DNA of 63,303 bases, the filler included, from Bigelowiella natans CCMP2755 (lineage: Eukaryota; Protista; Cercozoa), in the NCBI GenBank assembly GCA_000320545.1. It is 3 parts of 3 records of this genome, joined end to end, with 100 filler letters (N's around TTAATTAATTAA, not from the genome) between each part and the next. Parts side by side here need not be neighbours in the genome. Positions count along the whole stretch, not along the records: positions 50,742 to 63,303 come from ADNK01000300.1; 2 more parts are not named here. One strand, given 5' to 3'. Both the position numbers and the translations under genes were made by a program. The first letter of the stretch is position 1, and each line of letters opens with the position of its first letter. The notes under the pieces are model-generated. The model did not search any database. It worked only from the letters and a program-made list of their open reading frames with translations, and was not told the DNA's origin. Positions 54,310-63,303 of the stretch are shown piece after piece.

Positions 54310-54352
<43 letters not shown>

Positions 54353-55629
54353 GAGGAGGGGCTGGGTATTAGGTTGAGAGGGTTTCAGTCACGTCGAGCT
54401 ATATGCTGCCTGCTGCTGCAGTCCGGAGCTCATTTTAGCCCCTCTTCCTGCTGCTACAGGTATCCCCAGCATACCGGTCATTTATCACTCAATCGTTGTC
54501 ACGAGCTGACCCATCGCTTCGCACAGTGTGCTGAGGTAACGTAAGCCATAGGGCTAAGATTATGGCAGTAGCCCCGGCCGATGATTGTAGTTGTAGTCTT
54601 ATGATTCATCAAGATGATGGTGATAATGGTCTCATCTGATCTGTTTCACATTGTTGCTATCGGCCATCTCACATATAGGCTAGTTACGTGGAGGAACTAC
54701 GCATCATGAAGGCCTGGCAGGAAGCAAAGCAGCAAGAGGAGGAGAAACGGAGGAAGAATGCCTTTTCTCCCCCCTCCACAGCTGCGACAACTCCGCGAGA
54801 CCGATCAAGCAAACGAGCCCTCCCTCGCACCCCTCAAGCCATTCCAGTAAAGATTCAACTCCCATTGCCTGCGGTGCCACTGAAGAGGGAGGAGACTGAA
54901 GAAGAGAAACGCCAGAAGAAGAAGCGGAAGCGCGATCATATCGAGCGACTCAAACTCTTGGTACAGTCGGGGGGGGTGGGGGGGCGGGTGCGAAAGAGGC
55001 GGAAGGAGGAAAGAATAAGGACGATGCTACTACCTTGGTGATGCCGTATCTGATTCGCTAACCCTTATTGCATTCCACACCCCCTTTCAGGCCTCTAAGC
55101 GGAGGCTGAGCAGAATCATGGAGGAGCAGGCTGCACTAGACAGCTTTGACTCGTTGGCAGGACAGCTGGAAGATGGCACCATCTCCAAGGAGGACTTTGC
55201 CCGTCGGCTAACGGAGGGGGGCTTCGATGACCCGGAGGATTTCGAAACGGAGCGTCGGCGATTGAGGAAGAAGCTGCAAGATACCCGTGCTAGGGAAGAA
55301 GAGCGGAGGAAGAAGAAACGGAAAAGAAGCAGTAGCTTGGGGGGGGGGCGGAGAGGAGGAAGGGGGGGAGGAGCGAGAGGAGAATCACTCAGCCTCCTCC
55401 TCGTACCACCATGCACAATCAGCTTTGACGGCATCGAAATCGCCTTCTTCTTCTTCGAAGATTGTCATCAGAATGAGGTGATGATCATAATCCCTAGACT
55501 AAAGTAGCTGTAGCGAGAGGCTGCTGCAGCTGTACATAAATAAGATAGATAGATCAGCACGACCCTCATACATAAAAAGATGGTGCTCAATGCTAAACTA
55601 CGATATTCTTTCCTTCCGCCATCCATCCA

Positions 55630-55669
<40 letters not shown>

Positions 55670-57069
55670 CCCCCCCCCCTTCTCTGTATCTGAAGGGCTC
55701 CGATGAAAACAGAGGGAACCTCAGTCCCGGTGAAGGCGAAAGTAGAGGGGGGGGCAGCGGCAGAGGCGGAAACAAAAAGCACTAGTAGCAGCTCCACGCT
55801 ATACCCCCTGGCCTTGGTAACCGATCCCAGCAGCTTCACAGAAGAACAGAAGAAGGAATGGCGCCGGCAAAAGCTGCTCAAGGGGGCGGAGGAGGCGCGT
55901 GCAAGAAAGAGACAGGCTAAGCTTGAGGCCCAGAAGCGCCAAGAGGAAAAGGAGCGCAGAGAGAGGGAAAAGTACTGCCCGCCCACCACTGTGATGATGA
56001 TGATCATGATCATGATGATCATGATGTGTGATGATCATGATGTGTCACGTGAATAGCAAGCACCCGAGCCTATTCTGCCTAAAGGGAGGGGGGGGGGGGG
56101 GGGTATTGATTGAGCTAAAGAGCAGATGAGAGCTACGACAGTGGCCTTGCGCCACCTGATACAGTTGCAAAGGATGAGTGCATCTGCTGCCTCTTCCTCC
56201 TATCCACTCCGAAGATCATCCATCGTTGTTCTTCCTGCCCCTCTCACCCCCCCACTCTTCTTATATTTCATAGGTATGACAACGACCCTAAGGGCTATGT
56301 CACCGAGCTTCATGCGGAGAGACGCAGACTGCTTTCTGCCCAGAGAGACGCCAAGGAGAAAAAGCAGGCAGCGGCATCGTCGTCTTCAACGATGATGAAT
56401 AAGGGCGATCGTCGCGCGCACAAGCGCCGGGCTCTCAAGGCGCTACTCATGGGGGAGGGGGCGATAAAGGGGGAGGGCGGGGGCAGCAGCAACAACAGTA
56501 GGAAAGCTTCCTCCTCCTCCGGTATTAGTTCTGCTGCCTCGAAAGGACCCTCCACGGCAGAGAATCGTGTACAGAATGGCGAGGATGATGATGATGATGA
56601 CGAGTGGGAGGTAGGAGTAGCCAAAGCGATCGTCTTTGGCACTCCCCCCCCCCCCCCCCCTTCCACACGCAACACGCATTTTGTCAGTGTTTGTTATTCT
56701 TGTTCTTTACCATCGCATCCGTCGCGTCGTACAGCATCCATATGGAAAGCAGAAGCAGTAGTAGAAGTGGTGGCGCATAACAATGGAGAGATGCTCGTGA
56801 TGGCAGTGATTGTGCGTGTTCTGATTCCCTTGCCTGCTTCCCAAAACGCACCAACCACAGGCGTACCGACAGCAGGGCAACGGCGCTGCTGCTAATGGCG
56901 GCGCGCCGGCAGCGACGAGGTTGTCATGGATTGAGAAGCTCCTGGCCACTTTTGACCCCACAGGCCTCGAGGCAGAACGCGAGAGGGAGTCTCGCCCCCC
57001 CCCGCCAAAACCCAGCGACTTCCAGATAGAGCTCTTCGTTGAGAGGATACGGGTGCTACTCGTGTGTGT

Positions 57070-57106
<37 letters not shown>

Positions 57107-57358
57107 GCGTAGAGCCACCAGCACGCTGGCGGCTAATAAGTAGTCGGCATCACTGCGGCATTTGATCGACACCACGATCATATCGCCATGACATAGATTT
57201 CCATTATCATCATCATCATCATCATCATCATCATTATCATCATCATCATCATCATCATCAGTGCCCCGAGGTGCTCTTCCAGCCGTCGATGATTGGTCGA
57301 GACTTCGCCGGTCTTGCGGAGGCCATAGAGAACGTGTTCAAAAGGCTAGGTGCGAGGA

Positions 57359-57397
<39 letters not shown>

Positions 57398-58321
57398 ACA
57401 ACAGCCGACACCTCCATAACCATCGCTCTTCCTCCTCCTCCCCCTTCCCCTTCCTCCTCCTCCTCCCCGCCATCATCATCATCACCACCCGTTACCTTTC
57501 AACAGGCCCAGAGAGGCGCGACCGTGCATCGAAGAACGTCGTGGTGATGGGCGGGAACTCAATGCACCCTCGCTTTTGTGACCGGGTAAAGTACCACGTG
57601 CGCTCCTCATGCCCAGCAGCCAAGCCTGTGGAAGTGCTGCATGCCAGAAACCCGATCATGGGGGCATGGGAAGGGTAGTAGTACCAGTAGTCATACCAGT
57701 AGAAGGAGGAGGAGGAGGAGGAGGAGGAGGAGGAGGAGGCCGCTGTTGTAGTAGTGCAGCAGCTAACACACGTGTAGAAGAGGAGGGGATAGGAGGAGGA
57801 AGGGCGGTTATACTAAAACAACTGGAGAATCTACTGCATGGGAGAAGATGATAGGGGTTAAATAAAAGGGGGTGGGGGGGGATAGAAACTTGCAGAAATC
57901 AATTTTGATCTCCTTTCTTCACTCATACTCCCTATTCAGCGCACGGAAGATGGCCTTGTCCCCAGCGTTCCAGCGCAGCTGCGTGACCGTTGCAGCGATC
58001 GAGGCGAGAGGGGAGGAGGGGGAGAGGGGCCTTCTAGTGGAGCATGCGTACTCGAATATCTACTACCCTACACCGTCAGCTTCTTCGACTTCTTCATCTT
58101 CTTCCAAATCGGTCAGCAACAACGCTGCCGCCAAAAACATTGCAGTAGCAGCACAACGGGCAGCCAATTCGCGATTAGCACCCGCCGCCTCAGATAGCGG
58201 TAAGAATGCAGACATTAGCCTCGGCAAGGGGGGGGGAGGGAATCGCGCTGATGCTGGTAACAGTGGCGAGGCGGGTACCAAAAACAAGGACAATGGCGAG
58301 AGAAGAGCTTACATTAATAGC

Positions 58322-58356
<35 letters not shown>

Positions 58357-58582
58357 GAGTAGCAATGGTATTAGAAGAAATCAAGATAAAAATACCGCTG
58401 TAGTTGTAGGTGAAGGGGGGGACAACGACAATAGCAGCAGCACTGGGGCGAACAGCAGCAGCAGCAGCAAGAACAACAAGCCAAAGGCATTTTCGAAAGG
58501 TTTCAAGATTACGCTAAAGGGGATAACATCCAAAGGGCGCAAGCAGTCTAGGGTCATCATACCACCGCCCGACGACGCATGA
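53027..58582 (+). CDS. ARP5: Actin-related protein 5 (INO80 complex subunit)
   Basis: PIVIDCGAYQTRAGF, RSPFERNVV, LDYVFTSLG, HPIMFTEAVCNPNYSRSRLSQLL..YGVPAV.YGV, THVIPVLDG, LLLKYPQH, a central charged insert, VERIRCPEVLFQPSMIG, and EHAYSNIYY followed by a low-complexity tail. Confidence 0.93.
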
Positions 58583-58971
58583 TCGAGTAACAACAAGTAG
58601 CAGCAGCACGGCAGTGGTGGTGCGTGTGTACGCGGCAGTCAATGCGCTTCGAGGGAACCTGAATCATGCATGCACGCGCAAAATGTGGTAGAGCAGCTCT
58701 CATTGCTTCACGGAGGCGAGGTGACTAGATTTCAGGTTATTGTTGTTGTAAGCATGCGAATCGATAATGACAGAATGAGAATCTATCGCATCGGCAACAT
58801 GTGTGCCTGATAAGTGACATAACTGCCACATGAGCCGTACGTAGCCTGTTCGGTGTCCATGCTATCTCGAGCCTACGCGCGCTACTGTGACACGACTACG
58901 GTGTGTGTCTGCCCACGCTACGACGTGTAGACATATTATTACATATATAAAAGCAGCGGCAACAGCTAGCG

Positions 58972-59013
<42 letters not shown>

Positions 59014-59515
59014 ATATGCATGTGTATCATATTATACTGCGTCTATAATCGCTTAAATTGTGCGGGTTCATTTCTGTTATTGTGCATGATGCCTACTTTC
59101 AATGTGTGACGAAAAAGCGAGACAGCGTGCATTGTGCGTGCATCGTTATGTCGTACATGTAGCTTTGTAGAGCTCGAGAGCTACATTAGGATGACTATTG
59201 TTGAAAACAATAATTGTGATGCTATCCATTGCATGCATGGCCGTCTAGCTGATTTCTTGTGCGTAGTGTTTGGGCAAACCTAATGAAGACTAGATAGAGC
59301 TATGAATAGCTCTATCATGCATAGCGCACGCTGCAGTGATGCACAGCACCGCATCGTACGTATGGCATGGTTACCTTTTATTTCCCCAAAGTAAAACCAT
59401 TTGATTTATGATGAACACATCTACATCGTAGACTTGTGCAATTATTGCAAACTAAATAGTTTTATGATGACTGTATGAACCAAAATGCATGTTTACAATA
59501 AGCAGCATAGCGACG

Positions 59516-59548
<33 letters not shown>

Positions 59549-59738
59549 CGATGATTCCATGATATATACCGCTACGCCTTGACGCTCAAAGGCGATACGA
59601 AGCAACGAAATACACGTAGAGACGTATAATATAAATACATCAAAATCTTCACCGGCCTGATGTCAGCCATAGCTACTACACGGTGCAACTAGCTAGCTAG
59701 CTTATGTTCATTGCTGCAGAGGTGTTGGTTGCGACATC

Positions 59739-61058
59739 TTATTCAACATCGTCGCCATCAGCATCGTTCGTGTCCCTTCCACGGCGGGTCTTCCTTTTCC
59801 CCTTGAGGTGTTCATACTTGTTCCGCGATCGGCCGACCGTTGCTTTCTGGGAGAATATATTAAAAACGTGAAATGCATCAACCATTTCATCATCATCTAA
59901 GGGCAGCAGAACATCATTGGAATATTTAGTGCTTCTTTTTTGTCCTTGTCTTCCTCCGTTCCACCCCCCCCCCCCCCCCCTCTGCACTGATCAGTGAAAA
60001 GTAGGACAGACGTGCTCACACCTCTCCTGGCAGGAGCCTCTCCAAAACCCTTAGCTTCGCGCTCCGACTGCGAGAATTCTCCGTGATCTCCCCCTCTGCA
60101 GCTATCAATGGCCTCTTGGTTACTACCTGCATTCAAAAACGCAAGAAGAAGAAGAAGAAGAAGAAGCAGCAGGAGAAGCAAAAGAAGATTGAGAAGGTAC
60201 CGATCATCAAATATTTCTCCCTTCATACTGTTCCGACATTACGCATATTCTTCATTCACTTTGTGCTCATCATGGCTTCTCACCTGAAATCTCTGGCCAG
60301 CCCACACGTCTCCTTCATCCTGGGGTCACCACCACCACCACCACCAAATAGAATCATCGTATTCACACCACAACACTATCATGTGATATACAGCAGCAGC
60401 AGCAGCAGCCGCAGCCGATAAACGTAATCACGGTCCTTAAAAGTACTACTCTGTCATGTGTACTACTACATAGCTGAGGAAGGGCAGCCTTGGAGACAGT
60501 CGACCTCTGCCTCTTCCACCCCAAACATGACATGTGTGCTACTTTTCCTCCTCCTCCTCCTCCTCCCTCCCCTACCTGCTGCTGTTCCGCCTCCTCCTCC
60601 TGCTGCTGCTGCTGCTGCTGCGCGGCTTTGATGAAGAGACGCTTCACGATCCTATCCTCCAGCGAGTGAAAAGAAATGACGAGGAAACGTCCTCCCTCTG
60701 ACAGATAAGGGAGGAGGCCAGGAATGGCGCTAGCGACGGCCTCGAGCTCCGTGTTTACCTCCAGCCGAAGGCCCTTCGCAACGACAATTTTAAATGTATG
60801 AAGATGTGAGCTCATGCGTCTCTCTTTCTCTCTCTCTCTCTCTCTCTCCCCTGTGTGTGTGTGAGGGGGGGGGGTGAAGGGGGCGGGGGAGGGGGGAGTG
60901 CGTATGATAGCGTAGTTGTACATGCGAGTTATCACCAACAAAGCAACTGCTGGCACTGCTGTTTGCTACCTGAAAGACAAGCGTCGCGGGGTGGATGGAG
61001 CGCCTCCTCTGCCATTCACGCGGAGAGTTATCCGCGATGACCTATAAGGGTTTTGTCA

Positions 61059-61102
<44 letters not shown>

Positions 61103-61123
61103 ATGTATACATGTACATAGATT

Positions 61124-61198
<75 letters not shown>

Positions 61199-61380
61199 TT
61201 GAACTACCTGTGCCAGATGTGTCGTGGAGGAGAAGGGGCCGTGCTCTTGCAGCGGGCAGTGATGATAGCGGTATGCGAAAACGATGAGAACGATGACGAA
61301 GGGGGAGCGGATTAGAAGGGGGGGAGGACACAGCGGCATGAACAACTTCAAAGAATATTGAGCATTTTTGATGCAGGCAC

Positions 61381-61425
<45 letters not shown>

Positions 61426-61596
61426 GTGCGTGTGTTTGTGTGTGCGTGTGACTTGGGCTTGGGCGTGTGTTGCGCAGTCATCGTCTGTGTCTGTATGAAG
61501 GCATCATTTTCATGTATACTACCTTCACGGTGCTTGACGATAACACGAGCCAATCGCCTCCAGCGCCTTCGTGATGGTTGACATCGAAGGAGGAAG

Positions 61597-61640
<44 letters not shown>

Positions 61641-62323
61641 ATATGCAATCACAAGATCGAAATTGCATGGGTAAAGGCGTGCACACTCATGGTCTCCGCA
61701 AGCCAACTACTCCTACTACTAACACTACCACTACAACAACAACTACAACAACTACGACTACTACTACTACAGCTACTACAACAACTAAGACACTACTTGT
61801 CTTCGCCATAATCCCTAATGATTCGAGCGATCTCCTCCTCTGGCCAGCTGTTCACGATTTCCTCAGCCTGGATTTCACGTACGTATGGCAGGTCAGACCC
61901 GGGGTGATTTTCGGCCTAGTTGGCAGCTGCAGCAGCCTGCCTTAGCGCTATTTACCGATAAGAGCTGGGAAGGATCCATCCTCATGTCAAGAGGCCCCTC
62001 ACGGAGAAAGCTGAAGCCCTTCGTTCGGTGTTCGGATTTTCGAGGGTGGGAGGGGGGAGGGCGTGAGTGAATGGAAATGGAGCGAGATCGATGGCACAAA
62101 TCACTGTTATGTGCGAAGAGGCCATTAGCAGAACCAACAGCCACCACAAACTTACTGACAGTAGGTTCAGGCGTATCATCATCGTCGTCATCATCATCAT
62201 CATCATCATCATTGTCATGTTTATCACTGGTGGTGCTGGTGAGAGAAGGACCGCTGCTACCTTCTCAGCGTCGTCTAGCTGCATTGATGACACGCCTGAA
62301 CGATCAAGGGCATGAGCATACAT

Positions 62324-62354
<31 letters not shown>

Positions 62355-63076
62355 CCTCCTCGCCCCTTCCCCTCTTCCTCGTCGAATGCATGCGTACACC
62401 CTTCTATTCCGATAAGGAAAAGGTACCAACCTAAATCCAGGAGGATCGCGTCCACCTCTCCGTGCTTTACTCCTGCTGTCTCCTGATTGTGGCATGAAGG
62501 GGAGGGGGGGGGGGCACAACAAGGATAACGGCGGGATGAGGATAATCGCCATGCATGATAATGGTCGATTTGCCCAGATGTGAAGAATAATTCTTCACGT
62601 CTATTACTATTACTACTAATAATACTACAACTACAACTACTACTACTACTACTACTACCAGGAGGTGGGGAAGCTCTCTAAAATCCCCTCGAATCTGCTG
62701 CAATTTATGGTCAAAGTCGGCCAAAACGGCCTTAGAAATGCCCAGCGCCTCTGGATCCTTGTCGATGCCGATGTAGCTGCATTACGAGAGTGCCGCGACA
62801 GATGAATGGTGTTAGCGATGATACTGGCGACGACGACGATGGTGATGATGATGGTGGTGATGATGGTGATGGTGATGATGATGGATGACATGATTGCAAC
62901 GTACGATATACGAAGCTGCTGCCGCTGCTACTACTCAAAACCTCCTCCCGACAATATATATATATATATATATATATATTAACGTATATCATTACCGTTG
63001 GATGTCGGGGTTGTTTTCTAGGATATATCTTGCGTGTCCACCGGCGCCGAGTGTGCCGTCCACAACGATCGACAGC
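59739..63076 (-). CDS. rsmH: RsmH/MraW (METTL15-family) SSU rRNA m4C methyltransferase, presumably organellar; 5' end beyond the window
   Basis: VDGTLGAGGHA, IGIDKDPEA, DAILLDLGVSSMQLD, GFSFLREGPLDMRMD, IIRDYGED, HPATLVFQGLRLEVNTEL, GGRFLVISFHSLEDRIVKRLF and ENSRSRSAKLRVLE. Confidence 0.95.
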
Positions 63077-63303
63077 TAATCAGATATGAGAGAGAGGGGG
63101 GGGGGGGGGGGGGGGGGGGGGGGAATTTTTAAAAAATGGGGTTTTTTTGGGTTAAAAACCCCCCCTCTGCCCCCCCCCCCGTTTCCGAAAGACCCAGACG
63201 ATTGGGGGGGGGGGGGGGGGGGGGGAAAGGTAACCACGCCTCGGCCGCCCCGTTTACTAAGCCCAAGCCCTCAACATCATAACGGAGGAGGGGGGGGGTG
63301 CAC

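Overview
Gene-dense, intron-rich eukaryotic nuclear DNA in three contigs joined by two artificial 100-bp linkers (N44-TTAATTAATTAA-N44). Manual exon stitching supports about 13 spliced protein-coding genes: an HROB/MCM8IP homolog, a small tail-anchored protein, an SH3-like + multi-TM + Sel1 protein, an ABCG half-transporter, a myosin-TH1 + ankyrin protein, a P1B Cu-ATPase, GSK3/shaggy, a GIY-YIG + CGFS glutaredoxin (GRXS16-like), a Cys-rich secreted orphan, an acidic protein, Rab1, ARP5 and RsmH/METTL15. The signal-peptide leader on the green-lineage-type GRXS16 suggests an alga with a secondary green plastid, most likely a chlorarachniophyte (inference). A 954-bp non-autonomous DNA transposon (45-bp TIRs, 8-bp TSD) is also present. 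The most striking signal is four intergenic patches in which TpA is strongly depleted (almost absent in the cores) and TpG/CpA is abundant, while CpG and A-runs are kept and CTAG is selectively spared. One patch covers the transposon, whose only TIR mismatch is TA vs TG. This suggests a localized A-to-G (T-to-C) hypermutation process, possibly a RIP-like genome defence acting on adenine. Exon boundaries and dinucleotide counts were made by eye and are approximate.
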